The notes under the pieces are model-generated. The model was not told the origin of the DNA. It did no database searches and worked only from the letters and a program-made list of their open reading frames with translations. A stretch of DNA of 64,000 nt from Parcubacteria group bacterium (GTDB lineage Bacteria > Patescibacteriota > Minisyncoccia > Moranbacterales > UBA9337), in contig JBAZSW010000001.1 in NCBI GenBank assembly GCA_041662245.1, positions 119,757 to 183,756 of the forward strand, in the 5' to 3' direction. The translations under genes and the position numbers were made by a program. The stretch's first letter is position 1. Each line of letters starts with the position of its first letter. Positions 46,090 to 55,629 of this stretch are shown piece after piece.

Positions 46090-47439
46090 ATGAAGAATCT
46101 TTTTGCTAGAGCTATCTCTTTTATCAAAGAAAATCCAAGCGTTATGTATTCTTTGGTTTTAGTTCTTTTGGTGCCGATAGCTTTTTTTATTAACACTTAT
46201 CTTGTTAATTTGAGTTATGAAGAGGACCTTAACAAGATAACTCAGAGAAAAGCGATTTTAATCGAGGATATTTTAGAAAATGTCATAGCCAAAGAAGCAA
46301 ACAACGCTGATAAAATTCAAGAAATCATTGGCAATATTATTTCAGAAGATAGTGAGGTAGTCTCTTTAACTGTGAGTAATTTTCAAAATCAAACCAATGA
46401 TTTTAAAATAGTAGCAGCTAGCGACAAAAATTTGGTTGGTAATATTCAACCTGACAATATGCAAAACATGATTGCTTGGACAAATCCTGAAGGGATAGCT
46501 TTTTTAGATGAGAAAAATAATGAAAGATTTTGGAAGGTTACAAAAATACTTAAAAGCAATTCGGAAGAAAAAATCGGATTAATTTCGATGTCTTTATCTC
46601 TAGCCAGTACTGATTTTTTAATCAATAGAACTATCAGAAATTCTTATTGGGTTTTATTTGTTACTATAATTATAGTTTTACTTTTTGTCTCTAACCAAGC
46701 GCGCCTATTTGGGTATGCTTTGATGGTTACCAAGTTGAAAGAGATTGATAAAATGAAAGATATGTTCATCTCTATGGCCAGTCATGAATTACGTTCTCCT
46801 TTGGGAGCGATGAAAGGTTATGTCGATTTCTTAAAAGATAAAAAAGAAATTTTAGCAGATGAAGATGCCAACCATTATGTGTCTAATATCTCTCTCTCCA
46901 TTGAACGTCTCAATGGATTAGTCGCTGATATGCTGGAGGTATCTAGGATTGAAGGTAATCGCATGCCGATGGAGATTTCTGAAATTAATCCTAATAAAGT
47001 AATTTCTGAATCTGTTGAAGAAATAAAATCACAAGCTATTCAAAAAGGCTTGAAATTAATTTATACTCCTCCCATTGATGATAAATTGATTATTTTAGCG
47101 GATGTTAATCGATTGAAACAAGTATTGATAAATTTAATTGGGAATTCTATTAAGTATACACCTGCCGGTTCAGTAACTGTTAGTGTGGTGGCAAAAAATA
47201 ACGAGTTGGGGATAACTATCGCTGATACAGGAATTGGAATTTCTTCAGAGGATCAGGCCAACTTGTTTAATAAATTTCATAGAATTCAAAATGAAAAAAC
47301 AAAGAACATTATTGGAACTGGACTGGGCCTTTGGATAACTATGGAAATAGTCAAAAGAATGAATGGAAGGATTACGATTGAAAGTATTGAAGGCGTAGGT
47401 TCTCATTTTACTGTTTATCTTCCTGTGGTTAAAAAATAA
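46090..47439 (+). CDS. Sensor histidine kinase (HisKA + HATPase_c)
   Basis: H-box MASHELRSPLGAMKGY. N-box LINLIGNSIKYT. G-boxes IADTGIGIS and GTGLGLWI. Two N-terminal TM helices. Confidence 0.85.
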   Translation: MKNLFARAISFIKENPSVMYSLVLVLLVPIAFFINTYLVNLSYEEDLNKITQRKAILIEDILENVIAKEANNADKIQEIIGNIISEDSEVVSLTVSNFQNQTNDFKIVAASDKNLVGNIQPDNMQNMIAWTNPEGIAFLDEKNNERFWKVTKILKSNSEEKIGLISMSLSLASTDFLINRTIRNSYWVLFVTIIIVLLFVSNQARLFGYALMVTKLKEIDKMKDMFISMASHELRSPLGAMKGYVDFLKDKKEILADEDANHYVSNISLSIERLNGLVADMLEVSRIEGNRMPMEISEINPNKVISESVEEIKSQAIQKGLKLIYTPPIDDKLIILADVNRLKQVLINLIGNSIKYTPAGSVTVSVVAKNNELGITIADTGIGISSEDQANLFNKFHRIQNEKTKNIIGTGLGLWITMEIVKRMNGRITIESIEGVGSHFTVYLPVVKK

Positions 47440-47512
47440 TGTACTAACTTAAAATATAATTTTTCCAATGAACCAAGTCTTTTTAAAATAGATTTGGTTG
47501 TTATCTTAAAAT

Positions 47513-50230
47513 ATGAACGAAAGTAATTTTTATAATTTTTCTTTAAAAGAAATTTCCAGAGAATTTAAAACTTCTTACATTACAGGTCTTTCTGAAAATG
47601 AAGTTTTACTACGTTTGAAGGAATATGGCAAAAATCAGATTAAGAAAAAACAGGATTGGCGTTGGATTAAGTTAATCCTTAATCAATTTAATGACGCTTT
47701 GGTATGGATTCTTTTGGTGGCTGCGGGCCTAGCTTGTATTTTTCAGGAGTATCGAGATGTGATAATTATTTTGATTATTGTGGGGATTAATGCCACTATC
47801 GGATTTTTACAGGAATTTAAAGCAGAAAGAATTTTAGATAGTATTAAAAAATTAACCACTGATCAGACCCAAGTTATTCGTGATAGCAAAAAACAAGAAG
47901 TAGATGCTCAAATGATTACTCTAGGAGATCTAATTTTTGTTTCTGCAGGGGATCGGGTTCCGGCAGACGGATATATCACCGAAAGCTATGATTTAAAAGT
48001 GAATAGTTTTATTTTTACTGGTGAGTCTAAACCAGAAAATAAATCATCCAAAATTATTGAGGAAAAAAATATTCCCATTGCCGATATTGATAATATGCTT
48101 TTTATGGGAGAAACCATTTCAACGGGAGAGGGAAAATTCATTGTAACCGGAATCGGAATTAATACTGAACTAGGTAAAATTGCTCATTTGACCAGTGAAG
48201 TTCAAGAAGTACTCACTCCAATGCAAAAACAAATGCGTAAGCTAGGTAAAAATGTTACGATTATGGCTATGACTGTCGGAGTAGTCGTAATGATCACAGG
48301 TCATTTTTTGGGAATGTCGCTTTATCATAATTTTATTTTTGCTCTTGCCTTGGCGGTGTCCGTTGTGCCCGAAGGACTTCCTGCAGCTATTTCAGTGGCC
48401 CTTTCTTTAGGAATGAAGAGATTATTAAAACATAACATTTTAGCTAAAAAATTAAATGCGGTAGAAACTTTAGGTTCAGTCTCGATAATTTGTACAGATA
48501 AAACAGGAACAATTACCAAAAATGAGCTAACAGTAACTCAATTAGTTATTAATAATCAAGAAGTAATATTAAGCGGAACAGGCTATTCTCCTGAGGGACA
48601 TTTTTTTATAGATAAGGAAGCAGTCAATCCAGTAGAAATAAAAAATTTAGAGTTACTTTTTCGTATTGGCACGCTTTGCAATGATGCAAATATTATTTTT
48701 AAAGATGGAATTAGAACAGTTGTAGGTGACCCAACTGAGGGAGCAATTATTGTGGCGGGAGAGAAATTTAATCCCAAGGAAAATTATTATGAAATCGGGG
48801 AAACGAAAATTACTGAAAACCCTTTTTCTTCTAATAGAATGAGAATGAGCGTGGTCTACAAAAATGCGGAAACATTGTCCTTGGTAAAAGGTTCCCCTGA
48901 TGTAATGATTGATTTATGCGATTTTATTAGGATAGATGATGAAATTTTACCGTTTGATAAAGAGGATAAAGAGAAAATAGGAAAAATGTATAATACCATG
49001 TCTGCTCAAGCATTACGAGTGTTAGCTTTCGCCTATCGAAATCTAGAAGATGTTACTAGTGAAAAATATTTAGAAGAATCAGAAAAAAACTTAACTTGGG
49101 TAGGAATGATGGCTATGATTGATCCTCCTCGCCAAGATGTGGCTGTAGCTATCGATGAATGCAAAAAATTGGGAATTAAAGTTATTATGATTACGGGAGA
49201 TTATGAAATTACCGCTAGCGCTATTGCAAAGAATATCAATCTAATTGAAGAGGGGGGAAAGAATGAAATTATTAATGGTAAACAACTAGTTGAATTGAGC
49301 GATGATGAAATCTACCATAAAATTATTCAAAAAAATATTGTTTTTGCGCGTATTGCTCCAGAACAGAAACTGAGAATCGCTAAAATATTGAAGAAAAACA
49401 ATCAAATAATCGCCATGACAGGAGACGGAGTCAATGATGCTCCTGCTCTTAAAAAAGCTGATGTGGGAGTAGCAATGGGGATAATAGGGACAGATGTTTC
49501 TAAAGAGGCTTCAGATATGATTTTATTAGATGATAATTTTGCTTCAATCGTGAGAGGAATCAAGGAGGGAAGAACTATCTATGGAAATCTAAAAAAGTTT
49601 GTGCATTATGTTTTTACTTCTAACGCAAGTGAACTATTAACGGTAATTTTTGGGGTAATCTTGCATATCCCTTCGCCTATTATGGCAGTTCAGATTTTAG
49701 CTATTGATTTAGCTACGGATGTTTTTCCTTCCTTTTCATTGAGTTTAGAGCCGGCAGAAAAATGGGTAGATAAAACAACAAAAAATTCTAGTGGATCAAT
49801 ATTGAATTGGAAAGGTTTTAAAAGAATAATTTATTTGGGAATAATTATGGCAGGGGGAGGGATAATAGCTTTCTTATGGTCAATGTTACGGGGAGGATGG
49901 CATTGGGGAAAGATAATAGATGAAAACAGCGCACTTTATATTCGGTCTACTACAGCAACCTATGCTGTACTTGCCATGACACAGATGGCTAACCTTTTAC
50001 AATCTAGAAGTGAAAAATCAACTCCTTTTGAATTGGGATTTTTCAAAAACAAATATGCTATTGGATCTATCTTTATTTCTTTAGGAATTTTAATCTCTTT
50101 TATGTATCTTTCATTTTTTCAAAAATATTTGCGAATGAGTCCTATTCAGTGGCAAGATTGGCTAATAGTGATAACGGTGACTCTAGTGGTATATTTTTTT
50201 GAGAGTGCGAGAAAGAAACGTCAGAAATAG
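47513..50230 (+). CDS. P-type cation-transporting ATPase (type II, Ca2+/Mg2+-like)
   Basis: Phosphorylation motif ICTDKTGTIT. PEGLP. Hinge MTGDGVNDAPALKKADVGVAMG. About 10 TM helices. Confidence 0.9.
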   Translation: MNESNFYNFSLKEISREFKTSYITGLSENEVLLRLKEYGKNQIKKKQDWRWIKLILNQFNDALVWILLVAAGLACIFQEYRDVIIILIIVGINATIGFLQEFKAERILDSIKKLTTDQTQVIRDSKKQEVDAQMITLGDLIFVSAGDRVPADGYITESYDLKVNSFIFTGESKPENKSSKIIEEKNIPIADIDNMLFMGETISTGEGKFIVTGIGINTELGKIAHLTSEVQEVLTPMQKQMRKLGKNVTIMAMTVGVVVMITGHFLGMSLYHNFIFALALAVSVVPEGLPAAISVALSLGMKRLLKHNILAKKLNAVETLGSVSIICTDKTGTITKNELTVTQLVINNQEVILSGTGYSPEGHFFIDKEAVNPVEIKNLELLFRIGTLCNDANIIFKDGIRTVVGDPTEGAIIVAGEKFNPKENYYEIGETKITENPFSSNRMRMSVVYKNAETLSLVKGSPDVMIDLCDFIRIDDEILPFDKEDKEKIGKMYNTMSAQALRVLAFAYRNLEDVTSEKYLEESEKNLTWVGMMAMIDPPRQDVAVAIDECKKLGIKVIMITGDYEITASAIAKNINLIEEGGKNEIINGKQLVELSDDEIYHKIIQKNIVFARIAPEQKLRIAKILKKNNQIIAMTGDGVNDAPALKKADVGVAMGIIGTDVSKEASDMILLDDNFASIVRGIKEGRTIYGNLKKFVHYVFTSNASELLTVIFGVILHIPSPIMAVQILAIDLATDVFPSFSLSLEPAEKWVDKTTKNSSGSILNWKGFKRIIYLGIIMAGGGIIAFLWSMLRGGWHWGKIIDENSALYIRSTTATYAVLAMTQMANLLQSRSEKSTPFELGFFKNKYAIGSIFISLGILISFMYLSFFQKYLRMSPIQWQDWLIVITVTLVVYFFESARKKRQK

Positions 50231-50325
50231 AATTTGTTATAATAATTAATAAGCAATTTAAGATAAGTTTTTGATGACTAAGAATTGAAATTATTGAAGA
50301 ATTATTAATATGTAAGTTTGAAGAT

Positions 50326-51234
50326 ATGCGTAAAAGAATGTTCAAATTAGGAATTTTTATTGGAGTAATAATTATTTCATTGGGGGTGATTTTATTTTTT
50401 TTAAAGAAGATAAATGCTCCTGCTACGATGAATAATAAGATTAATGTAACTACTAGTTTTTATCCTCTTTATTTTTTAACTTCTCAAATTGGAGGAGACT
50501 TGGTTAATGTAAATAATTTGACGCCTGCCGGTACGGAACCGCACGATTATGAGTTAACAGCTCGAGATATTGCTAAAATTAAAAAGAGCAAGTTATTAAT
50601 CTTGAATGGGGGAGGTTTAGAGATATGGGCTGAGAGTGTTAAGAAAAATATAAGTTTTAAAAATCCGTTAGTTGTAAATTTAGGAGAAGGTTTGGTTAGT
50701 CAAGAAGATCCTCATATTTGGCTTAGCCCGACTTTGGCGATAAAGATGGCGGAGAAGATAAGCAAAGGTTTGATTGAAGTTGATTCCCAAAATAAAAGTT
50801 ATTATGAGTCTAATTTCAATATTTTAAAAACCAAGCTGGTGAATTTGGATAGTGCCTATAAAGCAAGCTTGGCAGATTGTCAGAGAAAAGATATAATAAC
50901 TTCTCATAGTGCTTTTATCTATTTAGCAAAGGATTATGGGCTGAGACAAATTTCGATTGCAGGTCTTTCCCCTGAAGAAGAACCATCCAGTAAACAATTA
51001 GCTGACGTGACTCAATTTGCTAGGGATAATAATGTTAAGTACATATTTTTTGAGAGTTTGGTCAGTCCAAAATTATCACAAACTATTGCCAAAGAGATTG
51101 GAGCTAAAATTCTAATCTTAAACCCAATTGAAGGATTGACTGAAAAAGAACTAAATCAGGGAAGAGATTATTTAACTGAAATGAATACTAATTTGGAGAA
51201 TTTAAAAATAGCGCTGGAATGCAAAAATAATTAA
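50326..51234 (+). CDS. Metal (Zn/Mn) ABC transporter substrate-binding protein, ZnuA/TroA family
   Basis: Signal/TM N-terminus. Conserved ITSHSAFIYLAKDYGL block of the TroA family. It is followed by ATPase and permease genes. Confidence 0.75.
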   Translation: MRKRMFKLGIFIGVIIISLGVILFFLKKINAPATMNNKINVTTSFYPLYFLTSQIGGDLVNVNNLTPAGTEPHDYELTARDIAKIKKSKLLILNGGGLEIWAESVKKNISFKNPLVVNLGEGLVSQEDPHIWLSPTLAIKMAEKISKGLIEVDSQNKSYYESNFNILKTKLVNLDSAYKASLADCQRKDIITSHSAFIYLAKDYGLRQISIAGLSPEEEPSSKQLADVTQFARDNNVKYIFFESLVSPKLSQTIAKEIGAKILILNPIEGLTEKELNQGRDYLTEMNTNLENLKIALECKNN

Positions 51235-51392
51235 AAGTTAAAAATGAAAAATTAAAAGTTACAATTCAAAGTCCAAAATTATATAAAATAATTTAGAAAA
51301 ACTTTAAATTGTTAGCTGCAACTTTTAACTTTGCACTTTGAATTTTTAACTTGCAAAAAATTTGACTAGGTAAATTATGAGGATTAAATTTT

Positions 51393-52187
51393 ATGAAAGA
51401 GACAGTAAATAAATTGGAAACCGTTGATCATACTAAAAACATTATTGAGATTGATAATGTTTCTTTTTCCTATGATAATCAAAATAATGCCTTAGAAAAT
51501 GTTACCTTACAAATTCATCAAGGTGATTATATCGGTTTGGTGGGGCCTAATGGAAGCGGAAAAACAACTCTAATAAAACTTATTGTCGGTTTGCTTAGTC
51601 CAAAAAATGGAACAATAAAAATATTTGGAAAAAATATTAATGATTTTAGAGATTGGCATAAGATAGGTTATGTTCCGCAGACATTAGCTAACTTTGATAA
51701 AAATTTTCCGGTCACTGTGGCTGAAGTAGTATTGATGGGCAGGTATTCAAAAAAGGGTCTGCTGACAAGAGTTAACGAAGAAGATAAAAAATTAGTGCAA
51801 GAGTCTTTGAAAAAGGTTGAGATGGTAAAATATGGGAATCGTTTAATCGGGGAACTTTCGGGCGGTCAGATGCAAAGAGTTTTTATCGCAAGAGCTTTGG
51901 CCAGCCAGCCAGAAGTAATTTTCTTAGATGAGCCTACGGCCGGAATAGATGAGCAAAGTCAAAAAGAATTTTATAAATTATTGCAAAAATTGAATAAAAA
52001 GATGGGAATTACTCTAGTGATAGTTTCGCACGATATCCAAAAAATGACTCAGGAGGTAATGCATATGGTGTGTGTTAATCGGAGCCTTACTTGTCATACT
52101 ACGCCCGAAGAATTTATTCGAGAAAGTCAGTCTTCTAATATTTTTGGTCAGGATGTAAAAATTATAACGCATCATAATCATAAATAA
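51393..52187 (+). CDS. Metal ABC transporter ATP-binding protein (ZnuC-like)
   Basis: Walker A GLVGPNGSGKTTL. ABC signature LSGGQMQRVFIARAL. Walker B IFLDEPTAGID. Confidence 0.85.
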   Translation: MKETVNKLETVDHTKNIIEIDNVSFSYDNQNNALENVTLQIHQGDYIGLVGPNGSGKTTLIKLIVGLLSPKNGTIKIFGKNINDFRDWHKIGYVPQTLANFDKNFPVTVAEVVLMGRYSKKGLLTRVNEEDKKLVQESLKKVEMVKYGNRLIGELSGGQMQRVFIARALASQPEVIFLDEPTAGIDEQSQKEFYKLLQKLNKKMGITLVIVSHDIQKMTQEVMHMVCVNRSLTCHTTPEEFIRESQSSNIFGQDVKIITHHNHK

Positions 52188-52193
52188 TTTTTT

Positions 52194-53000
52194 ATGGAAA
52201 TTTTTCAATACGATTTTATTTTAAGGGGAATTATAGCGGGGATAGTTATCGGAGCTATTGCTCCTCTGATTGGTATTTTCCTTGTTTTAAAAAGGTACTC
52301 TTTAATTGCGGATACGCTTGCGCATGTTTCTTTGGCAGGAGTGGCGCTAGGGTTACTTTTAGGGATTAATCCGATTTTTACCGCTCTAGGAAGTTCAATG
52401 GTGGCTTCAGTGGCGATTGAAAAATTAAGAACCAGTAAAAAAGTTTATGGAGAATCAGCCTTGGCTCTCTTTCTTTCAGGAAGTTTAGCCTTGGCGATTG
52501 TGATTTTAAGTTTGGCGCGTGGGTTTAATACCAATTTATTTAGTTATCTTTTTGGAAGCATTGTTACGGTTAGCATAGGGGATATTTATTTAATTTTGAT
52601 AGTGGCAGTAATTGCGGTTGTTACTTTAGCTATTTTTTATAAAGAATTGATTTATGCTACCTTTGATGAAGATTCTGCCAAAGTTAGCGGTATTTCGACT
52701 CAAAAAATAAATATTATTTTGATTGTGTTAGCTTCGCTAGTAGTATCATTGGCCATTCCTATCGTGGGAGTCTTATTGATTTCAGCGCTGATTGTTATTC
52801 CTGTGGTTACAGCTTTGCAACTTAAAAAAGATTTTCGGGGAACAATTATTTGGGCAGAATTTTTTTCTATTTTTTCGGTAGTGGGAGGAATTTTTGGAGC
52901 TTTTTATCTAAACCTCTCTACCGGAGGAACAATTGTATTAATTATGCTTGCCATCTTTCTCTTGGTTTTTATGACTAAAAAATACTCAACATTAAATTAA
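52194..53000 (+). CDS. Metal ABC transporter permease (ZnuB-like)
   Basis: 268 aa, about 8 TM helices. Position and size are typical of the ZnuB/MntB family. Confidence 0.75.
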   Translation: MEIFQYDFILRGIIAGIVIGAIAPLIGIFLVLKRYSLIADTLAHVSLAGVALGLLLGINPIFTALGSSMVASVAIEKLRTSKKVYGESALALFLSGSLALAIVILSLARGFNTNLFSYLFGSIVTVSIGDIYLILIVAVIAVVTLAIFYKELIYATFDEDSAKVSGISTQKINIILIVLASLVVSLAIPIVGVLLISALIVIPVVTALQLKKDFRGTIIWAEFFSIFSVVGGIFGAFYLNLSTGGTIVLIMLAIFLLVFMTKKYSTLN

Positions 53001-53017
53001 TAATAAAATTTATAAAA

Positions 53018-53716
53018 ATGGAAAATGCAAATAATGATAAAAATAAAACGCACACTCTAGTTATCTCAGATTTTCATTTGGGATCGAAAGTGAGTCGCGG
53101 TGAAGATTTAATTAAATTTTTAAATAATTTTAAATTTAAAAAATTAATTCTCTTGGGGGACATTTTCGAAAGTCTTAATTTTCGAAAGCTGACTAAATCA
53201 GAATGGGATCTGCTTTCTCTCATAGGGGATATTTCTAAAAAATCAAAAGTGATCTGGGTCGCAGGCAATCATGATGCAGGTTTAACTGATTTCTTTACCA
53301 GTTTAACTGATGTTAAAGTTTATAATGTTTATAAATGGAAATATCAAAACAAAAAATATCTAGCCATTCACGGTCATCAATTTGATAATTTTTTAGTTAA
53401 CAATGCGGTAATAAGTTTTTTAGCTAATCAAGTTTATAAATTAATCCAGCTTCTTGATTTTGACGATAAACGGATTAGTCGTTCTATTAAGAGAAAGAGT
53501 AAAGGATGGTTAAGAATTTCAAAAAAAGTGGCTTCTCGTGCCATTATTTATGCGCGAGTGATGCAAGTGGACTATATTTTTTGCGGTCATACTCATAAGG
53601 CTATGGAAGACAACCGGGGAGATGTGCATTATTATAATTGTGGTTGCTGGACAGATGTTCCAGCTACTTATATTACTTTAGATAAAGATGCTATAGAAAT
53701 TCATCAGTATTTATGA
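53018..53716 (+). CDS. Calcineurin-like metallophosphoesterase
   Basis: Motifs ISDFHLG, LLGDIFE, GNHD, GHQFD, GHTH. Confidence 0.75.
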   Translation: MENANNDKNKTHTLVISDFHLGSKVSRGEDLIKFLNNFKFKKLILLGDIFESLNFRKLTKSEWDLLSLIGDISKKSKVIWVAGNHDAGLTDFFTSLTDVKVYNVYKWKYQNKKYLAIHGHQFDNFLVNNAVISFLANQVYKLIQLLDFDDKRISRSIKRKSKGWLRISKKVASRAIIYARVMQVDYIFCGHTHKAMEDNRGDVHYYNCGCWTDVPATYITLDKDAIEIHQYL

Positions 53717-53845
53717 TTTTTTGGCAGTTACAGGGGTCATGTTTGGATTTCTTCTTGAATGTTTTTTTCTTTTATGCTAGAGTGTGAAAAGTACTTATTT
53801 ATAGTTTTTATAAAATTTTCATTTACATATAAAGGGGGATGAGAA

Positions 53846-54298
53846 ATGGATAGGATAATTCTGTATCCTGACGATAAGAAGAAGGGTTATGTTTGTTGTC
53901 CAAGATGCGGAAAGTGTAAGGGACTTACTCTTTTTAATAACATGCACCTTATAGATATAAAGTGCTGCGGAGAAGTTCTAAAATTTAAAATTGAATGGAG
54001 AAAAAACTGGAGAAAAGAGTATGAAGGATTTGGAACTATAGGAAAAAAAAGAGTACAAATATTTGATCTTTCCCTAGGAGGAATGTCTTTTGATGATAGA
54101 GTATTTGATGCTCGTTTAAATTCTGAGGTGAGAATTTCATTTGAAATAGTTTTAAAGAATGGAAAAACTCAATTATTCAGTCAAACTATAAAAATTTTGT
54201 CTAGAAAAAATAATAAATATAGCGCTAAGTTTCTTGATTTATCAAGAGAATTGAATGTTAGTAAGGTTCTCTACTCTTGGCTTCAAGAAAGAGAATAA
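53846..54298 (+). CDS. PilZ-domain protein with N-terminal Cys4 zinc-ribbon
   Basis: CCPRCGKC...C near the N-terminus. PilZ-like RKNWR (R...R) and DLSLGG (D.S.GG) motifs. Confidence 0.45.
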   Translation: MDRIILYPDDKKKGYVCCPRCGKCKGLTLFNNMHLIDIKCCGEVLKFKIEWRKNWRKEYEGFGTIGKKRVQIFDLSLGGMSFDDRVFDARLNSEVRISFEIVLKNGKTQLFSQTIKILSRKNNKYSAKFLDLSRELNVSKVLYSWLQERE

Positions 54299-54360
54299 AC
54301 TACATTTTTTACAAAAAGATGTTATGCCTAAGTTTTGCATAACATCTTAAATTTTTTATA

Positions 54361-54396
54361 AAAAAACCTCATCTCAAAAGGATGAGTTTTTAATTT
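54361..54396 (+). terminator. Rho-independent terminator after PilZ gene
   Basis: CCTCATC TCAAAAG GATGAGG hairpin followed by TTTTTAATTT. Confidence 0.6.
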
Positions 54397-54518
54397 GTTG
54401 CGAACGTGGGACGGAGTTGGAACTTATTTGTTAAATCTTAGCTTATAAAAAAAATTCACCGAGGGGCTAAAATTAGACACGCCTCGGTGTAGGTGCTGGA
54501 AAATCAAACCAGCTAGAA

Positions 54519-54833
54519 TTATTCTTCGATAACCGCAGGGGCCAGCTCACTGAGAAGGTATGACGCATAGCTTAGGAAGTCTCGGAATCCAACTAGGTGC
54601 CTGGTTATGTGTCCTAGAGATTGTCTGCACATGGACCATTTCATAAGCATCTTGATTTGTGCATTATGGGTTCCAACAAGACTTCGCATACCGACAACTT
54701 CATCATGTTCCTCTTCTTGTGGTCTCTGCGTTGCCTCATGCACGCGTCTGCTGGCCTCCTTTTCCAAGGTCTCAATCAAATTTGCAATAACTGATCGAGA
54801 ATAGCCATTGACCACGGGATCTAAATTTTTCAT
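54519..54833 (-). CDS. Orphan 104-aa protein encoded in a GC-rich (~48-50% GC) insert; unknown function
   Basis: ORF with a strong RBS (GGAGAAGG 6 nt before the ATG on the minus strand). A downstream hairpin terminator (CACCGAGG ... CCTCGGTG at 54457-54490 followed by a T-run on the minus strand). Base composition is very different from the flanks. Confidence 0.45.
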   Translation of the reverse strand: MKNLDPVVNGYSRSVIANLIETLEKEASRRVHEATQRPQEEEHDEVVGMRSLVGTHNAQIKMLMKWSMCRQSLGHITRHLVGFRDFLSYASYLLSELAPAVIEE

Positions 54834-55404
54834 TTTGCCTTCTCCTTCTGGTGAGTTTGCATTCTATGACATATTTCAATAGCGAATTTATGCCGACAAT
54901 GTTCAACTAGGAACTCACAAACATATATTAAAATTAGACTTTTGTCAATAGCGCGTTCAAATAATCAAAGGTTCTAAAGTGATAACTGGGTATAAAAATA
55001 ACCTCTTGGATAAAAGGTTATTTTGTCTGTTGAAGATGAGGGATTCCTCTTCATCCGTCGCTTCGCACGTGACTGGTGCCACAGGCTTCGCTCCTCCCTC
55101 AGAGCCTGGGTTTTTAAAAACGCAAAGCCCTGCCTGCCGGTAGGCAAGAGTTTGCCTTTTTAAAATACCCTTCGAATCCTTCATCAATAAAAAATAAAAC
55201 CCCACCCGAAGAGGGTGAGGTTTAATTTTTCAGTTGGGGATGAATGGATTTCCGCATCACTCATTCGCCGTCACTCATTCATTCTTTGCCCTGGGTAGCG
55301 CCAAACGCTCTTTTTCGCGTTTGTCGACGTTCATTTCAATAATTTTTTGCTAAAAATTATTTTATTCACTTGCTACCCGTTCGAATCCCTGCCTCAGCTA
55401 AATA

Positions 55405-55447
55405 AAATCAAAAAACACACCCTAGCCGGGCGTGTCTTTTGATTTTA
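55405..55447 (-). terminator. Rho-independent terminator downstream of tRNA-Gln (minus strand)
   Basis: The minus strand reads GACACGCCCGGCTAGGGTGTG hairpin followed by TTTTTTGATTTT. Confidence 0.5.
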
Positions 55448-55451
55448 TAAG

Positions 55452-55522
55452 TTGGAGATGAGGGATTCGAACCCCCGATGACGGGATCAGAACCCGTTGC
55501 CTTACCGCTTGGCTAATCTCCA
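55452..55522 (-). tRNA. tRNA-Gln (anticodon CUG)
   Basis: Minus-strand cloverleaf UGGAGAU UA GCC AAGCGGUAA GGC A ACGGG UUCUGAU CCCGU CAUC GGGGG UUCGAAU CCCUC AUCUCCA A. It has a U1-A72 pair and a 3-bp D stem, as in E. coli tRNA-Gln. CCA is not encoded. Confidence 0.8.
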
Positions 55523-55629
55523 ATTGTAAATATTTAACTTAACAAGACTTATTCTAGCACACTTTTTTAATTATTTTCAATACCTATGTAGTATCTAAAT
55601 ATTATCTCAAAGTTATTATTTAATAAGTC

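Noticed and set aside
51235-51392. Repeated TTAAAAGTT / AACTTTGCA motifs between the ZnuA-like and ZnuC-like genes as a possible Zur box
   Set aside because: No match to known Zur/Fur palindromes (for example TCGTAAT-ATTACGA type). The motifs are AT-rich low-complexity and could be chance in a 30% GC genome.
54607-54804. 65-aa plus-strand ORF in the GC-rich insert
   Set aside because: It overlaps antisense the 104-aa minus-strand ORF. The minus-strand ORF has a proper RBS and terminator, and this one has neither.
54950-55400. Possible tmRNA or RNase P RNA in the GC-rich region (GGGGATGAATGGATTTCC start-like and tRNA T-loop-like fragment)
   Set aside because: No complementary acceptor 3' strand, no tag reading frame ending in a hydrophobic Ala-rich tail, and none of the RNase P P4 (AGGAAAGUCCGGGC / ACAGAACCCGGCUUA) or SRP (GGAAGCAGCC) consensus blocks could be found by eye. 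It is left as an unexplained insert rather than an RNA gene call.
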